From the IMG/VR virus record IMGVR_UViG_3300045919_000302, positions 32,001 through 96,000 of that record: DNA of 64,000 nucleotides. The stretch is one strand, 5' to 3'. How positions within the stretch are numbered: position 1 is the stretch's first letter; every line of letters starts with the position of its first letter. Source of the DNA: a virus. Position numbers and translations under genes: made by a program. This document shows, one piece after another, positions 1-9,668 of the stretch. The notes below the pieces were generated by a model, which saw nothing but the letters and a program-made list of their open reading frames with translations, did no database searches and was not told where the DNA came from.

Positions 1-172
1 CCTCTTCTCCATCGCCCAGCTCGAAGATGTACTCCTGCTCCTGCGTGATCGCGTGTAATTCGCGAATGATGGCAATCGTTCCATCGGGATTGCAGATCTG
101 GTCTCCCACCTTGAGATCGACGATCTGCCTGAAACCTGTTGGGGTCAGTACGTGGTCTTTGACGCGCTGCTT
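1..172 (-). mobile_element. Intein N-terminal splicing region within terminase (partial)
   Basis: KQRVKDHVLTPTGFRQIVDLKVGDQICNPDG directly after Walker A GK matches Hint blocks A/N2 (xQPLDAKVLTPTGW...DLKVGD). Confidence 0.75.
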
Positions 173-517
173 CTTGCCCCCGCCAAGTGAACCTCCCCAG
201 ATCGCGGTGTTGTACCCGCCCTCAAAGATCTCGATCAGGTCTTTCTTGATCTCCGGAAAGAGAGTCTTGGTGATCGATCCTAAATAGAAAGGGTTCTCCA
301 AGAACTCCTTCATCGATACCGGAGGAACCCGGTAGAGATCGCGCGAGGCGTACTCGATGATCGGGCTTGCCCCGTCACGCATGAAATCCTCCAGGACAGA
401 GAGCGCTGCTTCGCGCTCGGGTCCTGAAAGTCCTTCCATCTCTCGCTGAAAGATCTCAGCGTACTCGGCGTCAGTCCGAATGGACTGAAACCTTCCGCCT
501 TGATTTAGGATGCTCAC
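1..517 (-). CDS. terL: Terminase large subunit, N-terminal part (runs off the window), interrupted by an intein
   Basis: Manual translation from GTG at 517: MSILNQGG...PPVSMKEFLENPFYLG...TAIWGGSLGGGK (Walker A of large-phage terminases), followed by intein-like sequence. Confidence 0.75.
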   Translation of the reverse strand, partial: MSILNQGGRFQSIRTDAEYAEIFQREMEGLSGPEREAALSVLEDFMRDGASPIIEYASRDLYRVPPVSMKEFLENPFYLGSITKTLFPEIKKDLIEIFEGGYNTAIWGGSLGGGKKQRVKDHVLTPTGFRQIVDLKVGDQICNPDGTIAIIRELHAITQEQEYIFELGDGEE

Positions 518-538
518 AACAACATCAACGAGCGGGGA

Positions 539-838
539 TTAAACCTGATCCAGATCGCCGTTCATCTCAGCGCCCATTTCTGGCTCGGGAAGCTCTTCGG
601 CTTCCGCGCCTTCGTCGCCGTCCTTCTCTTCCGCTTCAGGGTTGAGAGCTTCCTTGACTTCGGCGAGTTTTGCGTCGAGAGCAGCTTCGCCCTCGCCTTC
701 TTCGCCTTCGTGCCGGCCTTCTACTGCCATGACGAGGTCACCGAGAAGCTTCTCGTGGTCGATCTTTTTCTTCTTCTTGCCTTCAGAAACTTCTTCCGGA
801 AGACCAAAACCATTCACCGATTCACTGATCTGTTTCAT
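539..838 (-). CDS. Acidic head-region protein with FGxP tag (scaffold/internal-protein-like)
   Basis: N-terminus MKQISESVNGFGLP; very Glu-rich; next to terminase. Confidence 0.55.
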   Translation of the reverse strand: MKQISESVNGFGLPEEVSEGKKKKKIDHEKLLGDLVMAVEGRHEGEEGEGEAALDAKLAEVKEALNPEAEEKDGDEGAEAEELPEPEMGAEMNGDLDQV

Positions 839-847
839 ACTGTCTCC

Positions 848-1957
848 TTACGTGGTTAACTCGGGCGCAACCTCTGCGACCATGTCACTTCCCAAGATCT
901 GAATAACCTTTTTTACGATCCCTTCATCATTGGTGTGCAGATTGACATGATCAGCTTCACCAGATGGTCCCACCTGGATAAACGCTTCCGGTTCAAGCTT
1001 TAAAACGGCGTCTCGCATCGCCTGCGTTATCTCACTATCTGGATTGAGGAAAATGGTATGCATCGGCTCGTCATCTACACGCTTCATCTTCAGTGCGTGG
1101 ATGTGCTCGGATGGGACGTCAGGAAGACTGAACGGGATGTCTCCAGTCTTTTTGTTCCCACGGCGGAAGCGATTCTCGTTCTCCCCATGTTCAGCATCGG
1201 TCGCGTCCCAGTAGGTGTAACTGTCGTCGTGACCATGTTGAAGCGCGATCTTGTAGAACGGGGAACTCGGCGAAAGACGCTTCGAAATGTAGAAGTAGAA
1301 GTCGTTGCTCTTCGAGTAATCCTCAAAGTAATCTTGCTCCGGCTCGGTGATGCACCACTTCGTCCCAGAGCCGTAGAGCATTGCGGCCTCTTTGGTAGTG
1401 ATGTGGTAAACCTTCCAGTACTTGTCCTCGGCGACGAGTTTGGCCCCCGATGCCTTCTTCTCTTTCTTCTCCTGGCTCTTCGACTTGCTGGCCTTCGTCT
1501 CATCGACGAAAGCCTTGAACTCGGCCCAGGTCTTCCACTTGTCGATGTCCTTCTTGGTGGCATCCTGGATCTTCGGCTTCAAAAGCTTGAAGTCGGTGAT
1601 GTAGTCGGTGATCTCGTCATCAGGAGCCCCTTGATCCTTGAAGCGCTTGATAGAGGTTTTGAAGTCCTCTTCGAGACTTTCATTCTTGGGCCATTGATGT
1701 GTTTTCTCGTATGCCCCAAAGATCGTGTTGCATCTGGTCTGAGCACGCTCTTCGGATTCAAGCGGGCCATCGCGATAAACCTGGCGCTCATCGTCGAATA
1801 TCTGGGCAATCCAGCCATTGGAATACAGACCGACCATGGCCGTGATGTAGTCCGTGAAATTCCGGTACGACCCACGGATGCACGAATCCCTCGCCTTCCA
1901 CCCATCGTCAGACTCGAATACCGGCAGGCCGAACCTATCTACGCCCTCGGTGAACAT
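848..1957 (-). CDS. FGxP-tagged putative internal head protein with PcfJ-like GTKWC domain
   Basis: N-terminus MFTEGVDRFGLPVFES; motif AAMLYGSGTKWCIT...FYFY. Confidence 0.6.
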   Translation of the reverse strand: MFTEGVDRFGLPVFESDDGWKARDSCIRGSYRNFTDYITAMVGLYSNGWIAQIFDDERQVYRDGPLESEERAQTRCNTIFGAYEKTHQWPKNESLEEDFKTSIKRFKDQGAPDDEITDYITDFKLLKPKIQDATKKDIDKWKTWAEFKAFVDETKASKSKSQEKKEKKASGAKLVAEDKYWKVYHITTKEAAMLYGSGTKWCITEPEQDYFEDYSKSNDFYFYISKRLSPSSPFYKIALQHGHDDSYTYWDATDAEHGENENRFRRGNKKTGDIPFSLPDVPSEHIHALKMKRVDDEPMHTIFLNPDSEITQAMRDAVLKLEPEAFIQVGPSGEADHVNLHTNDEGIVKKVIQILGSDMVAEVAPELTT

Positions 1958-2973
1958 TAGTCGCGGTCCCGATGGAGGCTGATCGAAGCGCCGCCCCAGC
2001 CGCCACTCACGCTGTAGTTGAAGTAATTCCCATCAGCCGCCTTCACGAGGTAGATCGGCGAGTAGATGTGGTGAGCCTTGTCTTCGTGGAAGCCGGCGAG
2101 CCTGAACTCTTTGAAGTTCTTGATCACCTCGGCGTCCTGCACGTTGAACTGGGCATCGCGGACCATGCCGGTGTCGCGCAGCTCGCCCTTCGCGTTGATG
2201 ACGTTCTTTTTGAGCCAGGCGATCCCTTGTTGGGATTGCTCGGGCGATATGTCGATGAGCTTGCCTTCTTCGAACATCGCGAGGATCTCGTGAAGGATGT
2301 ATTTCATCTCCTCGTCCATGTCCTGCTTCCAACCCCGGGCCAGATCCGACAGGCGGTGAGCGACCCCGAGGATCTCCTGCTTCGTCCACATCGGCTTGGT
2401 CTTCAGGGCCTCGTACTTCTTGAGCGTAGCGCGGGCGGTGCCTTCCTGGATCTGCACGGACTCGTCCACCTCCCCGACTTCGGCATCGTAATGATTCTGA
2501 GCAGACGTCAGGGCCTTTTCGAAGGTCACCTGAGGGTCCTTATCGCACCAATGCATAAGGTCCGCGAGAAGGTCCACTACGGCCTCTTCACCCTCGCTCC
2601 CTGTGTGCGCAGAGAATGCCTTGAGGGCGACATCAGCGGCGGCAACGCTGTCTTCCTTGGATTCGACCACCGACTCCACTGCCTTCTTCTGACCGGAATG
2701 AGGATCCTTCGGGTCGAGGTAGCGAGCGTCTCGCGAGCCCTTGTCCGGAATGATCTCGTATTCCTGACGATCATTCTCGTACTGGTCGCCGAGCTTCTCA
2801 GCGAGAAACGCCTCAGCATCTTCAGCTGAATCGAACTTCTGGCCATCAAACATGATCGTGTTGGTCCAGTCAACGATGTGCCACTTCTCCTTGGCTTCGA
2901 TCTGGGTGCTCTCTGTCAGCTCGCGCTCGATCGGGAACCCAAACTTGTCTTCGACCATCATCTTCTTCGCCAT
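1957..2973 (-). CDS. FGxP-tagged multidomain putative internal head protein
   Basis: MAKKMMVEDKFGFPIERELTES; internal VVES/VDES linkers; DLLADLMHWCD helical module. Confidence 0.6.
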   Translation of the reverse strand: MAKKMMVEDKFGFPIERELTESTQIEAKEKWHIVDWTNTIMFDGQKFDSAEDAEAFLAEKLGDQYENDRQEYEIIPDKGSRDARYLDPKDPHSGQKKAVESVVESKEDSVAAADVALKAFSAHTGSEGEEAVVDLLADLMHWCDKDPQVTFEKALTSAQNHYDAEVGEVDESVQIQEGTARATLKKYEALKTKPMWTKQEILGVAHRLSDLARGWKQDMDEEMKYILHEILAMFEEGKLIDISPEQSQQGIAWLKKNVINAKGELRDTGMVRDAQFNVQDAEVIKNFKEFRLAGFHEDKAHHIYSPIYLVKAADGNYFNYSVSGGWGGASISLHRDRD

Positions 2974-2983
2974 TTGATCTCCG

Positions 2984-4114
2984 TTATCCGATTGGGTACG
3001 CCGACCCTGATTTTGCTGCCATCTCTTGAAGCCGGGCCGTCGGTCGGCCCAGTCCGCTCAAGATCGTGAAGAGGTAGATTGTGCTTTGGGATCCAGCCTC
3101 ATAAACTCCGCGATGGAGCTTTGTCTCCGGGCCCTGGGCCATCAGTCGGTTAAGAGAGCCAAAAGCGCCCTCAAGAGCCTCCTGCGTAACCGAAGCAAGC
3201 CCCTCGCCGTTACTGACAAGAAGCCCTGCCCCCACTTTCGCTTTCGAGAGATCGAGTCCTTCAACGAGAAGCCCCTTCTTCACGTTCTCACGAACCGCGT
3301 CGGCGACATCCGTCGGCTTCTCGATTCGCTCAAGCTTTGTCCTTCCAAAGCTAAGAATGCCAGATTCGAGGACGGTCCGATAGTCTTTTGGATCGCAGAC
3401 CACGTGACACTCTTTGCTGTCGATCGCACACAATTCGTTGAAGCTGCTGAACAGGGCGGCGATGTTTTTATTTGCGGTCTTCCATACGTCCACCACGCTG
3501 GCGGTGCCGTAGAGCTGCATCACTCGGGCGTTGTCCACGATGACCAGGGGCGAGAGATGGCCCTTCTCGGCCATGCCCAGGAGGGGCAGAAGGGTCTCCA
3601 GGGCGTTCCGCTGCACAGCCGAGGATTCATCCTTGGTCGGGAGGGTGACGATCACGCCGACGCGCTTCTCGGGATTCTGGACGCCGATGGAAGCCATGTA
3701 CCCCTTGGCGATCTTCACGAGCGGAAGGGCCGCTCCGGATCCAGTGCCGCCGCCGGCACCGACACAGATCAAGATCTGCTCGACGTCTTTTTTGAAGGAG
3801 GACTGGATCAGACGATGAATCTCTTCGCTCTCGGCCTCGACCGCTGCACGGCCCACGGCCGGATCCTTGCCGGCCCCACCATCGCCCCTCAGGACATGAC
3901 GATTCGCCTCGGGTACGGAGAGCCGCTGCATGTCGCGGGTCGTGGTGTTCACGATGGCCACGCGCCGGTAGCCCAGACCGTAGAAGGTGTCCGCAAGATT
4001 ACCGCCGCCCTGGCCAGCGCCAAGGAAGGCCATCTTCACGGCAGTCTTCTTTTCTTCTGTGACGGATTCAACAGTGGCTAAAACTTCGTCATCAATCTGT
4101 GAAAGGTCAAGCAC
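2984..4114 (-). CDS. Tubulin/FtsZ-family GTPase (PhuZ/TubZ-like)
   Basis: GAGQGGGN, GAGKDP and GAGGGTGSG signature motifs; AAGGAG RBS before GTG at 4114. Confidence 0.9.
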   Translation of the reverse strand: MLDLSQIDDEVLATVESVTEEKKTAVKMAFLGAGQGGGNLADTFYGLGYRRVAIVNTTTRDMQRLSVPEANRHVLRGDGGAGKDPAVGRAAVEAESEEIHRLIQSSFKKDVEQILICVGAGGGTGSGAALPLVKIAKGYMASIGVQNPEKRVGVIVTLPTKDESSAVQRNALETLLPLLGMAEKGHLSPLVIVDNARVMQLYGTASVVDVWKTANKNIAALFSSFNELCAIDSKECHVVCDPKDYRTVLESGILSFGRTKLERIEKPTDVADAVRENVKKGLLVEGLDLSKAKVGAGLLVSNGEGLASVTQEALEGAFGSLNRLMAQGPETKLHRGVYEAGSQSTIYLFTILSGLGRPTARLQEMAAKSGSAYPIG

Positions 4115-4239
4115 AACGATCTCCTTTTTCCCTAACAAATTAAACTCATCTTCAGTCAGCAGAGTGTAAACCATAATTGCGGAAGCCACCATCCTGGCAT
4201 TCGCAAGCAACCCAAGCAACAACCCTTTGACTCTTTGTC

Positions 4240-5100
4240 ATGACAAAAGGTATAAGTCAGGCTATGCCAAAAGCATTGGATTTCACCGCAAAGCGATTCG
4301 GTCGCCTTACTGCCATACATTTCGTGGGCCGCAGTCCTTCTGGCCGAGTGTGGCTCCTCTTATGCGACTGCGGCGCAACGATAGAAAGGCCGGTATGGGC
4401 TTTCAAGAAACCAAGAGTCAAAAACGTTTCCTGTGGATGCAGGGGACTTCCATTCCCCACTAACGGTCAAAGATTTGGGAGGTTGATATCGACAGGCCCA
4501 GGATCGAATGGGAAATGGTCTTTTCGCTGCGATTGCGGAAAGGAAATCCAAAGGCCGCGCTATGCGGTTCAAAACGGCAAAACTAAAAGTTGCGGATGCT
4601 TGTGGACCGAGACAGCAAAGGAAAAACAAAAGAAATACTGCCATTCGCACGGCTACAGCAAGACCGCCATCTACAGCAGATGGAAAAACATGCTGTCCCG
4701 CTGTGAGGATCCAAACCACATCAATTTTAACGACTACGGCGGAAGAGGCATAAAAGTTTGCGAACGGTGGCATAACTTCGAGAATTTTCTGGCAGATATG
4801 GGAAACCCGTTCACCGACAACAAGAGTAAGGCTCTTCAAATCGATCGCATAAACAACAACGGAAACTACGAACCTGGAAATTGTCGATGGGTAACACCCA
4901 GAGAAAACTGCAACAATAGAAGAAACAACGTACTGATCACATGGAACAACAGAACCCTTACTCTTGTTCAGTGGTCCAGGGAGACCGGCATTCCCAGAGA
5001 CACACTAAGTCACAGAATAAAGAGCAGCCGTCTCAGCATCGAGGAGATTCTCACTGTTCCCGTAGGGGCGCACCCTTGGAGGAGGTCCCGTCACCCATAA
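4240..5100 (+). CDS. HNH homing endonuclease
   Basis: Repeated FGRL...CxCDCG...SCGC units; YGGRGIKVCERW...IDRINNNGNYEPGNCRW. Confidence 0.85.
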   Translation: MTKGISQAMPKALDFTAKRFGRLTAIHFVGRSPSGRVWLLLCDCGATIERPVWAFKKPRVKNVSCGCRGLPFPTNGQRFGRLISTGPGSNGKWSFRCDCGKEIQRPRYAVQNGKTKSCGCLWTETAKEKQKKYCHSHGYSKTAIYSRWKNMLSRCEDPNHINFNDYGGRGIKVCERWHNFENFLADMGNPFTDNKSKALQIDRINNNGNYEPGNCRWVTPRENCNNRRNNVLITWNNRTLTLVQWSRETGIPRDTLSHRIKSSRLSIEEILTVPVGAHPWRRSRHP

Positions 5101-5115
5101 CGTCCTGCTGTGCCC

Positions 5116-5149
5116 CTACGGGGGCCATAATCCTGGCGGGCGTAAGTTA
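5116..5149. repeat. Dispersed hairpin element, copy 1
   Basis: CTACGGGGGCCATAATCCTGGCGGGCGTAAGTTA; related to copies at 23836, 40870, 47584, 59853. Confidence 0.65.
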
Positions 5150-5156
5150 CGATAAC

Positions 5157-5196
5157 AAAAAAGCCCCACCCACCCGCTAAGGTGAGAGGGGCTTTT
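5157..5196. terminator. Bidirectional intrinsic terminator
   Basis: AAAAGCCCC...GGGGCTTTT inverted repeat between convergent genes. Confidence 0.7.
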
Positions 5197-5217
5197 ATAT
5201 CCTCCTGGCGGGGATCT

Positions 5218-5364
5218 TCACCAGAAAGAAGGTGGTGGATTGCTCGATTGAGGCACTGGATCCTCGTCAGCGCATGGCCGGCACGGGATTAGGTACAGGC
5301 CCGTTGAGTCGCGCTTCTTCTTTGTGCCATTGCAGTCAGGACATTTTTCATCATTATTTTCCAT
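5218..5364 (-). CDS. Small Zn-finger protein
   Basis: MENNDEKCPDC...CRPC; GAGGGG RBS upstream. Confidence 0.5.
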   Translation of the reverse strand: MENNDEKCPDCNGTKKKRDSTGLYLIPCRPCADEDPVPQSSNPPPSFW

Positions 5365-5549
5365 TTTATCCCCCTCGTATTTTTGAGATGGCCACCCAGT
5401 ACCACGGCATAACAAGTTGTCAAGCGACGCGGATGCGCCTCCGTTGCAGAGGAAAGATATGCGATTAATGGTGGGAAATTTGAGGCGGGAAGGCTGGCAG
5501 ATCTTCAGACTGGCACGACAAACGCGCACTTGCAAGTTATCATGACTCC

Positions 5550-6074
5550 ATGAAGCTCTCTGGATCTGTCGATTGCTTTGGACTCCCGGCTGTCGAGAAA
5601 GAGGCGCAGGAGATCTCCGAGGCTGAACTGAAGAAGGCCAACTGCCCCGAGTGTGGCCCTTCCTATTTCAAGAAGACATACGCCTTCGACCCAGATATGC
5701 GCCTCATCTGGCAATGCCAGAACTGCGGCCACCAGAAGGAAGTGGGGAAGCGGGCCCCTTCACCGAAGGCTCAGCAAGCCGCGCTCGACAAGATCCGGAA
5801 GGCCATCGAGACCTCCGGAACTCCTGACCATCCGACCCGGATCGTTGAGTGGACCGTCGAGAACGACGAAGGCGGATTCATCAACTTGAAAGTCTGGGCG
5901 ATGCAGGGCGAAGACAGCAACATGCTGGGCCTCGTGTCCAAGCGCCTGCTCGGGATCCGCATCAGCCCGGTCGGGGGCGTCACCGTCTATTCAGACTCAC
6001 AGGCAAAGACGAAGTCCCAGCTGAAGGATGTCGAGAGACGCCTTCGAGATGGAACCAGGACTCACTGGTGGTGA
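5550..6074 (+). CDS. FGxP-tagged Zn-ribbon protein
   Basis: MKLSGSVDCFGLPAVE; CPEC...CQNC. Confidence 0.65.
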   Translation: MKLSGSVDCFGLPAVEKEAQEISEAELKKANCPECGPSYFKKTYAFDPDMRLIWQCQNCGHQKEVGKRAPSPKAQQAALDKIRKAIETSGTPDHPTRIVEWTVENDEGGFINLKVWAMQGEDSNMLGLVSKRLLGIRISPVGGVTVYSDSQAKTKSQLKDVERRLRDGTRTHWW

Positions 6075-6458
6075 TCAGACCTTTTCGAGGGAAGTCTTCC
6101 AAGCGTCAGTCTCGTCTTGAAACCAAGTCCCGCCGTGATCCCAGAAATCCATCAAGCGAGCCTCGTTCTTGACGATCCACGATCTGATGTGAGCGAGATC
6201 TTTTGCGGATACCGACTTCGTGAATTGGCGATCCTTGTGGGCCTCCACGACCTCGGGACTCTTTGAGATCGTCATGGAGAAGAATTCACTCAACCCCGGG
6301 CGATCGGCGTAGACCTTGAGCGTGGGGATTTCTGAATGCGAAGTCCGGAGCGTCTCTTCCTTACTTCTGACGTGGAGCGAGTAGTGAAGGCCCGTTTCCT
6401 GACTGCGGAAATTAGCCATCTCAACAATCACTTCGGCGCTACGACTCAGATCGGTCAT
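6075..6458 (-). CDS. DUF4160-like protein (EMAN...TGL type)
   Basis: IVEMANFRSQETGL...H...LKV...WI pattern. Confidence 0.5.
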   Translation of the reverse strand: MTDLSRSAEVIVEMANFRSQETGLHYSLHVRSKEETLRTSHSEIPTLKVYADRPGLSEFFSMTISKSPEVVEAHKDRQFTKSVSAKDLAHIRSWIVKNEARLMDFWDHGGTWFQDETDAWKTSLEKV

Positions 6459-6493
6459 GACGTTACTCTACCTTAAATGACGCGAACTGTCAA
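6459..6493 (-). promoter_or_regulatory. Sigma70-type promoter, probably leaderless transcript
   Basis: TTGACA-17 nt-TAGAGT-6 nt-ATG; no SD. Confidence 0.65.
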
Positions 6494-6501
6494 ACCTGAA
6501 G

Positions 6502-9117
6502 TCAGGCTTCGTCGTCCAGGCTGCGCCACTTGACGCCCTCGGGATCCTTCTCAGACTTCACGATCTTCGCCCACTCAGGATTGCTTTCGACGTTCGACAG
6601 AATGGTATCGATGTCCGTCACCTGAGAAGGGAACCAATCCTTGTCCGTCTTGACGTAACTGATCGCGAGATCCGGGAAGCGCTCCAGCATGTCCTGGTAC
6701 ATTTCGGAGGCTGAGCTGCCTTCATAGAAGCCCTTTCTCGCCTTGGGTAGAACATCCCGCTCGAACATCTCCAGGGTCGGAGGGCAGACGATCCGCTGGA
6801 TGTTGCCGATCTTCTGGTTGCCACGGCCGTTCTTCTTCCAGGCGACGTAGATCTCGAAGCTCTTCTCTTTCTTTACCTCGGTGATCGGAGTTGCATAGCG
6901 CTCGCGAAGGACCGACTCGACCAAGCGACCACCCCTTGGGGCTGATTCAGCTTGGCGCTTGGGTGCGTACATGTCGAAGATCCGGACCCTGGTCGAATCA
7001 ATAGGACTACCTGGAGCGTTAACGAAGTCGAGGGCTTCATCATAAGTTGAAAAGGTCTTTGCGCGGTAGAGGTGCTCGCTCCAGCCGCTCTTCGTGTGCT
7101 CGGTGTAATACCTGGGCACCGCCCTGAATTTCGTCTTGATAGCCCAGCATTCCTTCGGGATCAAGGACTCGACCACTGCGTTTTCAAGCTTCTCCAGGAA
7201 GCGGTCCATGCCGTAGTGAAGCGGCGACGGGGCGTCGGAAAGTGTAGCCCAAGTGTAATCCTGGGTCTCGGAGTTCAACCTGGGCTTGAACTCATGATCC
7301 ACCGGAATCACGTAGAAGTGGAACTTGAATCCGCCCTCTTCGTACTCGTCCACGAGCCGTGGGTTCATGGGGCCTGTGTAGCCCGCCTCTTCCGCGACCT
7401 CGCGCTTCAGTGCTTCGAGCGGAGTCTCGCCTTCATCGATCTTTCCACCGAAGGTGCTCCAGGTATTCGGCTCCGGGCAGTCAGGCCCCCGGTGCGCAAA
7501 GAGATACCGACCGGTGTCCTTGGCGTAGAAGAGTCCGCCGGCCCCGGCGAGCCTCCAGGTGATTCCGTCCGGATCCGTGTAGGCGGCCTCCTTGAGGCCG
7601 ACCTTATTGAATTTGGAATCAAACTTCTCTTTTGAGATCCCGAACTCGCTGATCCAGTCCCCATCCACAAAGGCGCAGTCGGCGTTGACTCCGGATCGGA
7701 TCGCCCGGTTCAGGCGGTGCTGCCCATCCAGAACGTAGTTGGATCCGCCCACAACCAGAACGATGCTGGCCTCCAGATCTGCCTCAGGCTTGTCTTTGAG
7801 TTCCAGGCTCGACTCCTGCTGATGGATCTTTTGGAACGTCGCGGCCTCTTCGGGAGAGACCGACCGGAGCTTGGCATTCTTGACTGCGGCATCGAACTTT
7901 TTGGCAAAGTCTGGCCACTGATCGTCATCAATCATGGAGAAGAATTGGCCGATCGCTGACTCGTGGTCCTCGGGATGGATCTCAAGACGTTCGCCAAAGG
8001 GACGATTGGGTTGCGACCATAGGGCAGCTGCGTCGTCCGACTGTGCGTCACTTTTGCGGAGCTTCCTGTTCTTTAGTTTTTCCGCATATTGATACATCGC
8101 CGTAGCAAGACCTTTACGTCGATGTTCCGGATCCACAGAGATTCCCCTCGAATAGAATCCGTGGGCAGACTTTCTGTTTGCAATGTGGGCGTGGGCAACT
8201 TCTTCACCATCCTTGGTCACACTGATTCTCAGATCATCATCGCCAGTGTCGATAGCGCAATCCTTGCAACCAGCATCTGGCGCTTCCTGATGAGTTATCC
8301 TGTACCCTTTGTTTTCCAGATCCTCTAATCCCTCAGGGATCCACGCCTTCTGCTTCTTCAGCATGTCGAAAGCACCTTTTACACTGGTGTCGTATTTTTG
8401 ATCATCCGATTCGAAGAACTTACCCGCAGGGTAGCGTCCCGGCTTCTTGAAGACCTTGTCGATGATCTTCTTGAAGACCCCATTACATCGTCTGATGTCG
8501 AAGAGAAATTCTCCCTTTTCATCCCACACTCCGTACTTACCCCGAGCGGCGGTGATCGGAATCACTAAACTCACGTCATCAATATCAAATACGACCTGAT
8601 GTTTGTCACCATCGGAGATATGCTCAGCCTCTACAGCACGATCAACTTGGAGTAGGACGGCGTTTTTCCCGTAGTCGTCGTGCCCGCCAGGGCTGGCGTT
8701 ATCCAATGTAAAAGCGAACACCAGATTCCCTGGATTAGTTCGCTCATGAAACGTCAAACCAAGATTCTCTGGCGCTGCACCTTCAACGGTCCCACTCACA
8801 AACGCCTTTGCGAAAGCAATCGGATCCTTACTGGTATGACGAACAAGCCACGTGCCTCGCGGAAGCCATTTTGGCTTGCGAAAAAAAATAGTAGTGCTCG
8901 GCTCATTCCCTTCCGCTTCGCGGATAAAATCCGAAATCCAATCTTCGCGTTCATGTGGATCTCCGTCTTCAATCTCTTCAGGGACGGAGTCTTCGGCTTC
9001 TTTTCGGGTCTGCTCATACCACTGGTCATAAGATCCGGCCATGTCGTAGAACACATCCAGCTCATCCGACTCGACAAGTGGCATTCCAAAATGATCCAAG
9101 GACTCAGAGAGCATCAC
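6502..9117 (-). CDS. FGxP-tagged polyvalent protein with GNAT, ParB-like and NUDIX domains
   Basis: MMLSESLDHFGMPLVES; GNAT motif A VDPEHRRKGLATAMY; VLDGQHRL; NUDIX box GGKIDEGETPLEALKREVAEEAG. Confidence 0.85.
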   Translation of the reverse strand: MMLSESLDHFGMPLVESDELDVFYDMAGSYDQWYEQTRKEAEDSVPEEIEDGDPHEREDWISDFIREAEGNEPSTTIFFRKPKWLPRGTWLVRHTSKDPIAFAKAFVSGTVEGAAPENLGLTFHERTNPGNLVFAFTLDNASPGGHDDYGKNAVLLQVDRAVEAEHISDGDKHQVVFDIDDVSLVIPITAARGKYGVWDEKGEFLFDIRRCNGVFKKIIDKVFKKPGRYPAGKFFESDDQKYDTSVKGAFDMLKKQKAWIPEGLEDLENKGYRITHQEAPDAGCKDCAIDTGDDDLRISVTKDGEEVAHAHIANRKSAHGFYSRGISVDPEHRRKGLATAMYQYAEKLKNRKLRKSDAQSDDAAALWSQPNRPFGERLEIHPEDHESAIGQFFSMIDDDQWPDFAKKFDAAVKNAKLRSVSPEEAATFQKIHQQESSLELKDKPEADLEASIVLVVGGSNYVLDGQHRLNRAIRSGVNADCAFVDGDWISEFGISKEKFDSKFNKVGLKEAAYTDPDGITWRLAGAGGLFYAKDTGRYLFAHRGPDCPEPNTWSTFGGKIDEGETPLEALKREVAEEAGYTGPMNPRLVDEYEEGGFKFHFYVIPVDHEFKPRLNSETQDYTWATLSDAPSPLHYGMDRFLEKLENAVVESLIPKECWAIKTKFRAVPRYYTEHTKSGWSEHLYRAKTFSTYDEALDFVNAPGSPIDSTRVRIFDMYAPKRQAESAPRGGRLVESVLRERYATPITEVKKEKSFEIYVAWKKNGRGNQKIGNIQRIVCPPTLEMFERDVLPKARKGFYEGSSASEMYQDMLERFPDLAISYVKTDKDWFPSQVTDIDTILSNVESNPEWAKIVKSEKDPEGVKWRSLDDEA

Positions 9118-9668
9118 TGGGCCACTCCATCGACCGAAAATGCAGCGGGACTTCCTCCATGCTCCATGTGCTCGGCAAAGGCCATGACCATCTCGCCGTT
9201 CTCCTGGTGGAAGTTTCGGGCCTCCTGATCGGAATAGATCTCTTTCAGATGCGGGGTCGCATACTTCTTCCAGAGGGCCATCCGGTCGTCGAGATTTGAG
9301 AGCTGGGCATCGAGCTTCTCGTTACCAAGCTCGAACCAGAAGAGGCCCTTGTACTCGTGTTTCTTGATGTCCTTGTGGCCGACGATCTTTAGCTCGTGCT
9401 GCTTGAAGAGCATGTTGGAATGCTGGATGCGCTCGTACTCGTCGAAGTTTCCGTGCTCATCGCAACCGACGTAGTGGAACCCGCCGCCGTGGACGCCGGA
9501 ATCAGGGATGTAGAGAATGTGGCCCGAGGTCTTCCCGTCCGTCACGAGGAGGATGTCACCTGGCTTCCCGGTGGACTCGATTTCGTCCTTCCAGCTCCAG
9601 GAGGTCTTTCCGTCCTTCTTGGTTTCAGGGATGGGCATGCCAAAGCGGTCAAGGGATTCAGAAAGCAT
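9114..9668 (-). CDS. FGxP-tagged putative internal head protein
   Basis: MLSESLDRFGMPIPE, nearly identical to the leader of the adjacent 871-aa gene. Confidence 0.65.
   Translation of the reverse strand: MLSESLDRFGMPIPETKKDGKTSWSWKDEIESTGKPGDILLVTDGKTSGHILYIPDSGVHGGGFHYVGCDEHGNFDEYERIQHSNMLFKQHELKIVGHKDIKKHEYKGLFWFELGNEKLDAQLSNLDDRMALWKKYATPHLKEIYSDQEARNFHQENGEMVMAFAEHMEHGGSPAAFSVDGVAQ

Noticed and set aside
1058-4081. Long plus-strand ORFs (1058..1960, 1972..2829, 3026..4081; likewise 10998..12017, 49715..50761, 51182..52102)
   Set aside because: Antisense shadows of motif-bearing minus-strand genes, expected with GC-rich third codon positions
2984-4222. Host ftsZ/dcw cluster, or proof of a nucleus-forming phage
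   Set aside because: Context is entirely phage with no fts/mur genes, and no chimallin is recognisable, so nucleus formation cannot be claimed
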